From a virus (Duplodnaviria; Heunggongvirae; Uroviricota; Caudoviricetes), in IMG/VR virus record IMGVR_UViG_3300029969_000011: 64,000 nucleotides of DNA; one strand, written 5' to 3'. Under the pieces are notes generated by a model that saw only the letters and a list, made by a program, of their open reading frames with translations, had not been told where the DNA came from and ran no database searches. Position 1 is the stretch's first letter; every line of letters begins with the position of its first letter. Of this stretch, positions 19,773 to 27,775 are shown in pieces. A program made the position numbers and the translations under genes.

Positions 19773-19920
19773 AAGGAATATTGCTGAAGAGTCTTTATTT
19801 GGTTCGGGTATGCTTATCGGAGTCAAGTACTCGCAGTTCCTCTTTCGAGGTATTTTCTTCGGAGTAAAGACCTTAAGGTTCGCGTAACCTCTCGTGCCCT
19901 AACCCATATCCGAAACCCGA

Positions 19921-19997
19921 TGGTGCCGTTAGAGGGACTCGAACCCACACTAACCAGTTCCTAAGACTGGCGCCTCTGCCAATTGGGCTATAACGGC
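19921..19997 (-). tRNA. tRNA, anticodon TAG (Leu-type anticodon) with class I, Gln-like body
   Basis: Perfect acceptor gccgtta/taacggc + CCA, anticodon stem ccagt/actgg loop tcctaag (codon CTA), 5-nt variable loop, 3-bp D-stem. Confidence 0.5.
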
Positions 19998-20061
19998 ATT
20001 GTTAAACAGTTCGAGTTACGGTCAAACTGAAGGTAAGCACCGATTAAGCAGCCAGATACTC

Positions 20062-20292
20062 CTATTCAGAATAATCAAGCTTTTCAATTCTTTTCATATC
20101 GGAATATGTAACCTGCTTCCAACCACTCTTAGGGTGGTTAAAGGCACACATCCAGCAGGAACAATGAATTTTACCTTTGGCTAACTTTCCGTCGCAATCA
20201 CAAAACCAATGATGAGTTTCATCAATGATATGTCTTTTGCGAGCTATGTGTTGTCTTCTCTGATAACGATAGTATGCTCTATCTCTTTCCAT
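20062..20292 (-). CDS. Arg-rich zinc-finger protein inside the tRNA array
   Basis: 76 aa; basic N-terminus, HxxxC...CxC...CxxC cluster. Confidence 0.4.
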   Translation of the reverse strand: MERDRAYYRYQRRQHIARKRHIIDETHHWFCDCDGKLAKGKIHCSCWMCAFNHPKSGWKQVTYSDMKRIEKLDYSE

Positions 20293-20432
20293 TGTGCCGC
20301 CCTCCGAAAAATTATAATAACGAATATAGGCAACCCACTACTTACTTTCCTTACCAGCGTAAATTAAGCACCTTCGCTACGTATTGCTACTACCTCAGTA
20401 TTTAATTTACTATGCCCTTCCCTCGATATTCG

Positions 20433-20975
20433 TTACTTAGTAATTCTGTTTGCGATACCAGAAGCAGCGTAGCTGTCTGGCTTGATAGCAACCTCGAAGC
20501 CGCAAGTCTTAATCCAAGAGGTAATCTCAGTAATAAGCTGATTTGTCTTACCTGCGTGACCAATGTCAGCGTGGACAGCGAAAGTAAATCTTCCGTCATT
20601 AGACATTTGCTCAAGGTCAATATCATAGTCGATAAGAGCATAAGCAAGAGCATCTACGAAACCTGTTGCGTTCTCAATAGAACGAGAAGTCTCTTCCTGT
20701 ATCTTAGTCTTAAGAACTCTTATCTTTGGTATATCTTGCTTGCGATAGAAGAAAATGCCGCCATCACCGATACGGTGAACAGCAATTACTTCCACCATTC
20801 TTGTGCACTTGTGGTTCTGGCTATCTGTACCCACAGTTATTTCGTATGAGGCGTTAGGTGCCTTTGCGATGTAGTCGGCTACAATAGAGCCTATCTGTGA
20901 ATAACGAACCTTCTCACCATTACCACGAGTAAATATCTTCTCGGTAATCACGGTTAATCTCTCCTTTATATTCAA
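20433..20975 (-). CDS. YkuK/DUF458-like RNase H-fold protein
   Basis: 180 aa; VGTDSQ and AVHADIGH motifs resemble the GTDSQ/HADSN signatures of the YkuK family. Confidence 0.4.
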   Translation of the reverse strand: MNIKERLTVITEKIFTRGNGEKVRYSQIGSIVADYIAKAPNASYEITVGTDSQNHKCTRMVEVIAVHRIGDGGIFFYRKQDIPKIRVLKTKIQEETSRSIENATGFVDALAYALIDYDIDLEQMSNDGRFTFAVHADIGHAGKTNQLITEITSWIKTCGFEVAIKPDSYAASGIANRITK

Positions 20976-21107
20976 ATATTCAAGACAGTTATGTTAGCTA
21001 CCTTTTGATTAAAATTCAAATGCTTTTAAAGAATTGCTGGACTGTCTTAGTGGTGATAATACGTGCCGCGGCACCACAGACCGCTATATGTGGTCGCACG
21101 TATTCTC

Positions 21108-21194
21108 TGGTCGGCTCGGTGGGACTCGAACCCACACGCCCTTGCGGGCACCAGCTCCTTAGGCTGGCGCGTCTGCCAATTCCGCCACGAGCCG
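21108..21194 (-). tRNA. tRNA-Leu (anticodon AAG), class II
   Basis: 87 nt; perfect acceptor cggctcg/cgagccg + CCA; long variable arm gccc-ttg-cgggc; anticodon loop tccttag (codon CTT). Confidence 0.55.
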
Positions 21195-21262
21195 ATTTAT
21201 CAAGACTCATCTTGTGTTTTTATATGCCCAAAAAACTTTCAGAGTTGCTGCTGAGTCTTATC

Positions 21263-21339
21263 TGGTCGGAGATGCGGGACTCGAACCCACGGCCTCTCGC
21301 TCCCAAGGCGAGCGCTCTACCAAACTGAGCTAATCCCCG
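21263..21339 (-). tRNA. tRNA-Pro (TGG)
   Basis: Anticodon stem ctcgc/gcgag, loop tcccaag (codon CCA); D-arm gctc-taccaaact-gagc; CCA encoded. Confidence 0.65.
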
Positions 21340-21409
21340 ATTAATTGGCGGCTTCAGGGACGCTACAAGATAACCAACCGCCAGAGTTATCACGCACTTA
21401 ATGTCCCAA

Positions 21410-21486
21410 TGGTCGGCGAGATGGGATTCGAACCCACACTGAATGGATTTTAAGTCCATTGCCTCTGCCTGTTGCGCTACTCGCCG
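21410..21486 (-). tRNA. tRNA, anticodon TAA (Leu-type anticodon) with class I body
   Basis: Perfect acceptor cggcgag/ctcgccg + CCA; anticodon stem atgga/tccat loop ttttaag (codon TTA); 5-nt variable loop. Confidence 0.5.
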
Positions 21487-21606
21487 ATAAGCCTATTAAA
21501 TAGGCTACAAGATATAACCCCTTTTACCGCGGGGCAGTCTCCCCAATATAATTGGTTGGGGAGATAGGAATTGAACCTACAAAAGTGAGTTGCTGATATA
21601 TCTTAG

Positions 21607-21683
21607 TGGTCACGCCAGCGAGGCTCGAACTCGCATTTTAGCCTTGAAAGAGCTACTTCCTACACCTGTTAGAAGATGGCGCG
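21607..21683 (-). tRNA. tRNA-Glu (TTC)
   Basis: T-arm gcgag-gctcgaa-ctcgc, anticodon loop ttgaaag (codon GAA), CCA encoded. Confidence 0.6.
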
Positions 21684-21835
21684 ATTCATCAAGATGTGCT
21701 TTTACCTCTCATGAGGATTTGAACCTTACCGTCCCCTTTTTGGGGCTGTGCTACCAGATTACACCATAACGCCGAGAGGATTTAAAATGGCGGCGTTAAA
21801 AACTTTAAAGAAAAAGTTGCTGACACATCTTTATT

Positions 21836-21909
21836 TGGTTGCGCAGACAGGACTCGAACCTATATCAACGGATAATGACTCCGTTATGCTACCTTTGCAC
21901 TACCGCGCG
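21836..21909 (-). tRNA. initiator tRNA-fMet (CAT)
   Basis: Anticodon loop taatgac (anticodon CAT); 5' CGCGCGG / 3' CTGCGCAACCA with C1·A72 mismatch, as in bacterial initiator tRNA. Confidence 0.6.
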
Positions 21910-22760
21910 TTCTCTTTATTTTCTATAATTATTATAGCATAAATTATAAAAAATGTCAAATTTTTGATTTCTAAGTCATTTCGTAAGCACTCTCACCGCG
22001 TGAAGGTAGACTTAATTGAGAGTATTTCTTCAACAATCTTGGGTGCCGCCACATCTCCTGCACACAGGAGACAGGGTACTCGAACCCCTCCATCGCCAGT
22101 TGCTGAAAGGAATTTCAACCTAATCTCATTAGTTATAAAGCCACTGAGCTGTAGCTATGCGAATAATTTGCCGCAATCAACGGGCGACTATTCTAATCGC
22201 CGTCATAACCAACACAAGTTATGAACCATTGTAATGTCGTCAGGTTCCCACACTTACGCAGTAAACGCGCCGCTTAACCACTTGGTTTAGGTATGTTCAT
22301 AACCAAGAAATTTTCCCTTTTACATCGTCAGCAGTAGATGTCGTAATTTTATCGGTACTTCCCCGAATGGACATTGCGTGCCTATCGTACTCACGGTAAT
22401 GTACGTAACCGCTGCCGTGCCAGCCAATACACGGATTTATACTGCCATCACACAGTCGGGCAGGTCTGTGATGGGTCTCTGCCCAATTTGGTTTTTGTGG
22501 TTTTAAACAGTCCAATGAGTAAACCTCAACTCAACTGTAGAGAATATTTGGTGGTTCGCTCTCTCTCAGCGAAGGTGTAAAGGGAGTTTAAACCACTTCC
22601 TCGTGGGGTTTTAACGTCTTTTCCTTGACAAGTCTCGCCGCAACCAGTACCATTTAAGGTACGCCAATCACTACGGGTTGCACATCCTTACTTTACCTGC
22701 CCAACAGGTCGGCGGTTGGACCCGCCAGTGTCCCTTTTATTCTCTTTAAGTAATTGGCAA

Positions 22761-22835
22761 TGGTGTGGGATAGGAGAATCGAACTCCCACCGCCTGTTTG
22801 GAAGACAGGAATACTGACCGTTATACGAATCCCAC
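22761..22835 (-). tRNA. tRNA-Gly (TCC)
   Basis: Perfect acceptor gtgggat/atcccac + CCA; anticodon stem cctgt/acagg, loop ttggaag (codon GGA). Confidence 0.65.
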
Positions 22836-23045
22836 ATTAGTTCTTATTTTTAAGTATAATTTATTATAACATATTCTAAGAAAAAAGTCAAATTTTTAAT
22901 AGTGATTGTCTTTGTAGGGGTCTGTCTTCTTCTTATCATGGGTTGCGGCGATGATGTCTGGCATAACCTCTATGAGCTTCCAAAGAAGTACGGTTACGCA
23001 AACAACTATTAGGTACTGCATCAGACAGACCTCCTTTCAAGACAT

Positions 23046-23120
23046 TGGTTTCTCCGCTTGGATTCGAACCAAGGAATGGCAGTTTTAGAGACTGCTGTCT
23101 TAAGCCTCTTGACGACGGAG
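23046..23120 (-). tRNA. suppressor tRNA, anticodon CTA (reads TAG); tRNA-Gln-like body
   Basis: Perfect acceptor ttctccg/cggagaa + CCA; T-arm cttgg-attcgaa-ccaag; anticodon stem gcagt/actgc, loop tttagag = C-U-CUA-A-A; 3-bp D-stem, variable loop CATTC as in E. coli tRNA-Gln. Confidence 0.7.
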
Positions 23121-23125
23121 AATTA

Positions 23126-23201
23126 TGGTTGCCGCTCTGGGAATCGAACCCAGTAAGACGGAGTTAGAGTCCGTTGTCCTCGCCAACTAAACGAAGCGGC
23201 A
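23126..23201 (-). tRNA. second suppressor tRNA, anticodon CTA (reads TAG)
   Basis: Perfect acceptor tgccgct/agcggca + CCA; T-arm ctggg-aatcgaa-cccag; anticodon stem acgga/tccgt, loop gttagag (anticodon CUA); 3-bp D-stem. Confidence 0.65.
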
Positions 23202-23342
23202 AAATTCTCCAAGACGCCTTTACATTTACCTTTTAAACATTTTAAGTGTTCTATTGTAAGAAATGATTGCAGGATGCGTCTTTCATTCTTATAAAATAAT
23301 TATAACATATTTTATAAAAATTGTCAAATTTTTGAGTGCTTA

Positions 23343-23606
23343 TTAGTCTACAGCAGTTGTAGTAGTTGTCTCTGTTGTAGTCTCTTCTGCCTCAGTTTCT
23401 GTGGTAGTAGTTGTTTCTTCGGTAGCCTCAGTTGTCTCCTCTGCTACTGTTGTAGCTTCAGTTGTTTCAGCTTCTGTTGTTTCAACTTCTGTTGTAACTA
23501 CTGTTGTGGTTTCACTGTTGCTTCCGCTATCCTTTGATGTATCGCAAGAAACAAAAGTTACAGCCATAGCGCCTGCCATAAGACAAGCTAAAATAGCCTT
23601 CTTCAT
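23343..23606 (-). CDS. small secreted lipoprotein, Thr/Glu-rich
   Basis: 87 aa; signal peptide + TFVSC lipobox-like; (ETT)n low-complexity tail; located inside tRNA array. Confidence 0.45.
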   Translation of the reverse strand: MKKAILACLMAGAMAVTFVSCDTSKDSGSNSETTTVVTTEVETTEAETTEATTVAEETTEATEETTTTTETEAEETTTETTTTTAVD

Positions 23607-23949
23607 TGTGTTTCACCTCTTTGCTTTTTAAATAAGAACCCTTGCTTGTATATCGAAACCTCGTATTATATCCACAGTCACATCGTGATTTACTCCCACA
23701 CAAGAGGGCTACCATGGAGAAGGGGCACGCCCCGAGATGGGCGGCAATAATCATAGAACGCTATACGAAAAGCATAACGTACTAAGGAACTCTTTCCACA
23801 CGTGGTGGATGAGCTATCGTATTTCTACGACCCCGCACAGCGGGTAGAAGTCATAATGACCTCTTAACAGTAATTTTGATTGAGCCGCGTTTCCTCTTTT
23901 AAGTCTGACTAACTGCGGTAAAAAATCCAGACTTCAAAATTACTTTTAA

Positions 23950-24043
23950 GAAATCATTATGGCGCGGTCGGGGAGACTCGAACTCCCACACCGATTGCTC
24001 GATTACTCATAGTTTAGCAAACTACTGCCTTACCAAATTAGGC
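23950..24043 (-). tRNA. tRNA-Ser (GCT), class II
   Basis: CCA + G73; perfect acceptor gcggtcg/cgaccgc; long variable region; anticodon loop ttagcaa (codon AGC). Confidence 0.5.
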
Positions 24044-24188
24044 TTACGACCGCATTATCAAGATACGTTTTTTCGATATACGTTGTTCTACCAGTTGAAC
24101 TACTCCGCCATATTGGCGACGGAGGCAGGACTTGAACCTACACCTACGGCGTGATAGGCAATCTATTGCTTGCTGACGTATCTTAGTT

Positions 24189-24266
24189 TGGTGTGCCTGA
24201 TGGGACTCGAACCCATGACCCCCTGATTAAAAGTCAGGTGTTCTATGCCAACTGAACTACAGGCAC
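24189..24266 (-). tRNA. tRNA-Lys (TTT)
   Basis: Perfect cloverleaf; acceptor gtgcctg/caggcac; anticodon loop ttaaaag (codon AAA). Confidence 0.75.
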
Positions 24267-24366
24267 ATTAACATCCGCTGAGCATCTTATTGGAACGCTT
24301 TCACCATGCGAGACCTCTATTGTTTATTTGCTGGCAGAATTTGAACCATTAACCATAGCGAATATT

Positions 24367-24442
24367 TGGTGGGACGCCTGAGATTCGAACTCAGATAAGC
24401 TCGGTTATGAGCCGAGTGCACTAACCATTGTACTAACGTCCC
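24367..24442 (-). tRNA. elongator tRNA-Met (CAT) or tRNA-Ile2 (CAT, lysidine)
   Basis: T-arm ctgag-attcgaa-ctcag; anticodon stem ctcgg/ccgag, loop ttatgag (anticodon CAT). Confidence 0.6.
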
Positions 24443-24490
24443 ATTAAAGAAAGGAAAGGGGCATACTTTCAAGATGGCTATGCCAGACCA

Positions 24491-24564
24491 CTAAGTTATT
24501 GGCTTCGGCAAAGGGAGTCGAACCCCTATCAACAGAGCCAAAATCTGTTGTCCTACCATTAGAC
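24491..24564 (-). tRNA. tRNA-Gln (TTG)
   Basis: G73 + CCA; anticodon stem acaga/tctgt, loop gccaaaa (codon CAA); 3-bp D-stem GTC/GAC. Confidence 0.65.
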
Positions 24565-24601
24565 GATACCGAAATCTATGGAGTCATAAAGACTCCAAAT
24601 A

Positions 24602-24961
24602 TTACTTTTTGTTAGTTTTGTCTTTGCCTTTATCTTTATCTTTATCTTTATCCTTGTCTTTTCCTTCGGTATCTTCTTTGGTTTCTTCTTTTGCCATTGT
24701 AGAAGTCCAGCCAACCATCTGTTCAGCTAACCAGCCTGGGAGTCCAAAATATACTTCTCCCAAAACTTCATTTATTTCTGTGAGGTAAACCCAGCCTTCG
24801 CCAGGGATGTTGGCTCTACATTTTGCTTTACCCTTACCTTTGTCAACATATTCTGACTTCAGATATTCGATAAGCTCATCTACTGTCATACCATAAGTAG
24901 CTTCTTTTCTTACGTCTTTTTCAGACTTTTTAGTTACTTTGGTTATCTTTTCGACTTTCAT
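24602..24961 (-). CDS. hypothetical protein with C-terminal (DK)n repeat
   Basis: 119 aa; the DNA microsatellite ctttat(c) encodes DKDKDKDKDK. Confidence 0.4.
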   Translation of the reverse strand: MKVEKITKVTKKSEKDVRKEATYGMTVDELIEYLKSEYVDKGKGKAKCRANIPGEGWVYLTEINEVLGEVYFGLPGWLAEQMVGWTSTMAKEETKEDTEGKDKDKDKDKDKGKDKTNKK

Positions 24962-25006
24962 TTTCTCACCTCACTATAAATATTATATCATATTTTATTT
25001 AAAAAG

Positions 25007-25471
25007 TCAAATTTTTGAAAACTCTTGAATATCATAATCGTGGTTTCTAAACCACTTATGTATCATAAGTCTCTCAGAACAAAGCTGTTCAGGTTTCTCA
25101 TAAACTATGAGAGCGGCAACAGGTTCTTCTTCAAAATGTAAGAAGTCTTGAACCCGATGTCCAATGCTTTCAAACCTCTCCATTATATTATCATAATTGA
25201 GGTATTTGAGCTGTAAATAATAATCGTGCAGAAAGTTACAAGTGTTTGGATTCTGCTTACATGACTTGCCGCCACACTCAGCGATGTTCTGAAAATCTGG
25301 TACAAATGGCTCTGCTCGGCACCCAATAAGGACACCATTCTTATCAACATAAGTTGACTTCATATCGCCGTTAATATGATACCAAGCAGGGTCAGATATT
25401 GCTGTACTTAATGGAATGATATTAGGAGTAAAGAATCTTATTTGGTAAAAATAAGATGTTACTATTTTCAT
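25007..25471 (-). CDS. hypothetical protein
   Basis: 154-aa ORF. Confidence 0.4.
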   Translation of the reverse strand: MKIVTSYFYQIRFFTPNIIPLSTAISDPAWYHINGDMKSTYVDKNGVLIGCRAEPFVPDFQNIAECGGKSCKQNPNTCNFLHDYYLQLKYLNYDNIMERFESIGHRVQDFLHFEEEPVAALIVYEKPEQLCSERLMIHKWFRNHDYDIQEFSKI

Positions 25472-25602
25472 TCCTCGCCGCGACCTTCACCTTCAAGGGA
25501 TACTATCTTCTCCCAACACTCAGGGCAAAGTGTAGCCTCTTCATCAACTGATTCAAAAGGCTTGCCGCACTCTTCACAGATTACTTCATATGTATCAGCC
25601 AT
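25469..25602 (-). CDS. small zinc-ribbon protein (44 aa)
   Basis: MADTYEVICEECGKPF...CPECW; GGAGCG RBS; below ORF-track cutoff. Confidence 0.35.
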
Positions 25603-25667
25603 TTAAAATCGCTCCTTTTTAATAATGTAATAATATTATATTATATTTTATTTAAAAAGTCAAATTT

Positions 25668-25970
25668 TTAATTGGTCTTTTCAGCGAAAGTCCAAGCCTT
25701 TCTTCCGTCAGCAAGAATATAAATTCCATTTATCTGGAACTTCTCAGGCTTCTCATAAACAATCTCAACCTTGTGCTTAACGCCGTCAAGTCTGTCCTGC
25801 TCAAGGCTTGTTCTGAACTCCTTACCGCTCATCTTAAAAATTTGATTGTCGGTAACTTTAAGTGATGTTACCCCATTCTCATCTTCAACTTTTTCGAGCA
25901 TTGTTACATTCATAAGAACCTTAGACTTTACTATATCCCAAGGCTGGAATCCTCTCTGTTTTAAATCCAT
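25668..25970 (-). CDS. hypothetical protein
   Basis: 100-aa ORF. Confidence 0.4.
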   Translation of the reverse strand: MDLKQRGFQPWDIVKSKVLMNVTMLEKVEDENGVTSLKVTDNQIFKMSGKEFRTSLEQDRLDGVKHKVEIVYEKPEKFQINGIYILADGRKAWTFAEKTN

Positions 25971-26407
25971 TACTTTTCCTCCTTAAAATCGTTCCTTAGT
26001 TTCATCAAGGTGTAACCAAGCTGATTACGACCTACGCCGCGGCAACTGGGACAAGTGCATATACCCCAGTATCTATCGTGCCAAGTTGTAGCTTCAACAA
26101 GAGTCTCATCACCAGTTTCAAGGAGAGCTTCCTTTAACTCTGGGTTTTGAGTAAACTTCTCATAAAGAACATCGTACATAACTTGGTCTTTAACCTGTTC
26201 CCAGTCAGGACGAAGGTTTGCACTTCTACCCATAGACTTAGCAAAAGAAGGTGGTCTGTCCGCATACTTCTCTGCATTTTCAGGCTCTTTCTGTGATTGA
26301 AATGCCGCCTCGGAGTTAGTAAAATGAATACCCTTATAAGTAAAAGAGGACGCATAAAAGTTACTTAAGAAACCATATTTGCCTATATTACCTGTAAAAT
26401 GTATCAT
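25970..26407 (-). CDS. NADAR-domain protein (YbiA/DUF1768-like)
   Basis: 145 aa; GKYGFLSNFY...EAAFQSQK...RPDWEQVKDQVMYDVLYEKFTQNPELKEALLETGDETLVEA...WG...GRNQLGYTLMKLR matches the NADAR consensus. Confidence 0.6.
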   Translation of the reverse strand: MIHFTGNIGKYGFLSNFYASSFTYKGIHFTNSEAAFQSQKEPENAEKYADRPPSFAKSMGRSANLRPDWEQVKDQVMYDVLYEKFTQNPELKEALLETGDETLVEATTWHDRYWGICTCPSCRGVGRNQLGYTLMKLRNDFKEEK

Positions 26408-26500
26408 ATATTTCCTCCCGTTTGATTTTCTATAAATATTATATAATAATATTTTTAAAAAGTCAAATTTTTAATCATAATATTCCGTTGCAAATTTATC

Positions 26501-27064
26501 CTATTCATTTTCCAGCCACTCTTTTGTCTGTGCTTTATGGATATAATCCAGCACTTCATTACAAATACGAGTGTATCCTTCTTCAGTACCGTCCATTATC
26601 CAGTAGTAAATATCGTGGCTTTCAAGGAATTTCTTTATTCTGACATCAATCTCTTTCGCTTCTTCCTCTGTCTGATTCCTGCCAACAGGATTGTAAGGCT
26701 TTTTTCGATTGATAAAAAAGTTAATGTTATCATAAGTATTAAACACATCCATTACTAAATGTTCGTAGTGCGGGCCCAAGACTGGGTTCTGATTATAAAA
26801 TACGCCGAGCGGCAATGGGCTATCTGTGATGATAACATCCACCTGGTCGCGGCACCTGTCCATTTTATAGGACTGTTTACCGAAAACATATTCCTGACAT
26901 CTTAATGCTGAATAGTTCTTCTCCCAAGTTTTATCCTTAGCAAACTCAGTTATCAACTCGCAATTAACACCTTTCATCTTTAATTGACTAAAAATAAAAG
27001 CTGCCGCCGTAGACTTTCCTGCACCGGGGCCTGCAAATAAGTTTATGACTATTGGCTTCTTCAT
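26501..27064 (-). CDS. P-loop NTPase / nucleotide kinase-like protein
   Basis: 187 aa; Walker A FAGPGAGKST. Confidence 0.5.
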   Translation of the reverse strand: MKKPIVINLFAGPGAGKSTAAAFIFSQLKMKGVNCELITEFAKDKTWEKNYSALRCQEYVFGKQSYKMDRCRDQVDVIITDSPLPLGVFYNQNPVLGPHYEHLVMDVFNTYDNINFFINRKKPYNPVGRNQTEEEAKEIDVRIKKFLESHDIYYWIMDGTEEGYTRICNEVLDYIHKAQTKEWLENE

Positions 27065-27162
27065 TGGCTTTCCCTCCTTTCTGATTATATAAATATTATA
27101 TCACAGAAAAAATAAAAAGTCAAGAAAAAGAAAGAGGGATTCTTCCGAACCCCTCAAAGCTA

Positions 27163-27657
27163 TTAACCAGTAATAGCTTCCTCTATACCACCTGGTGTAG
27201 TCTCAACTTCGTCATCAAGCTCATCAGCAAGCTCTTTAATCTGAGCCTGAATGAGTCCACGCTGATGTTCAAGTATTGTCTTGACTGTTGCAGCATAGCT
27301 GCCGTCTGCCCAGTCCTTAATCTCCGCGTCAATATTACCAAAGTTAAAGCTTGTATCGCCAACCTTAATAATGACATCCTTCTTCTTTGTTTCAAGGTTC
27401 TCAAGCATACGATTAATCATCGCAGCCTTCTTAGAGAGCTTGCAAATCTGTGCTTCCTTACTGTTCTTTCCTGGCTCTGGCTCAGGTTCTGGCTGAGGAG
27501 GGAAAGGAGGGAAAGGAGGAGGAGGACATGGAGGAACTGGAGGGAATGGATAATCTGGTGGCATTGGAGGGAATGGAGGGCAAGCTGGTCCTAAGTACAT
27601 ACCAACGTCGCCGCACTTACAGCCGTTCTTTTTAGAATAATCTGGATACTGATACAT
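27163..27657 (-). CDS. proline-rich hypothetical protein
   Basis: 164 aa; PPFPPMPPDYPFPPVPPCPPPPFPPFPPQPEPEPEP tract. Confidence 0.4.
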   Translation of the reverse strand: MYQYPDYSKKNGCKCGDVGMYLGPACPPFPPMPPDYPFPPVPPCPPPPFPPFPPQPEPEPEPGKNSKEAQICKLSKKAAMINRMLENLETKKKDVIIKVGDTSFNFGNIDAEIKDWADGSYAATVKTILEHQRGLIQAQIKELADELDDEVETTPGGIEEAITG

Positions 27658-27775
27658 ATCAGAGTTCTAAGGCTTATCAATATTTGGCATTAAAATTCCC
27701 CCTATAAATAAATTAGGGTATCCGAAGATACCCTTCTTATATAAGGTAAAAATTGCCTTTGGGAATTATAATCTT

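Larger units (their letters stand above)
18600..24570 (-). other. tRNA gene array (about 25 tRNA and tRNA-like genes, all minus strand)
   Basis: At least 28 occurrences of the reverse-complemented T-loop motif (g[ag][at]tcgaa[ct]c), most with encoded CCA; recurrent 5' leader TCTTGATAAT; individual members are listed separately. Confidence 0.8.

Noticed and set aside
19800-19920. Plus-strand tRNA suggested by ggttcgcgtaacc
   Set aside because: No acceptor or anticodon arms could be built around it.
22140-22760. Possible RNase P RNA, tmRNA or group I intron in the GC-richer tract of the tRNA array
   Set aside because: Only loose resemblance to P4/P-RNA motifs. No tag-peptide reading frame or tRNA-like end was found. 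This needs a covariance-model search, so it is not asserted as a feature.
18820-24140. Circularly permuted or split tRNA genes; alternatively attP-type tRNA 3' fragments implying integration
   Set aside because: Adjacent 5'-half/3'-half pairs with complementary acceptor strands were seen. They are equally explained by tandem paralogous tRNAs whose other halves I could not fold by eye. No integrase is present in the window. I kept this only as an item to check inside the tRNA-array finding.
24600-24670. Short tandem repeat (ctttat)n that could look CRISPR-like
   Set aside because: A simple microsatellite inside a coding region (encodes DKDKDK). There are no spacers and no cas genes, so no CRISPR array is present.
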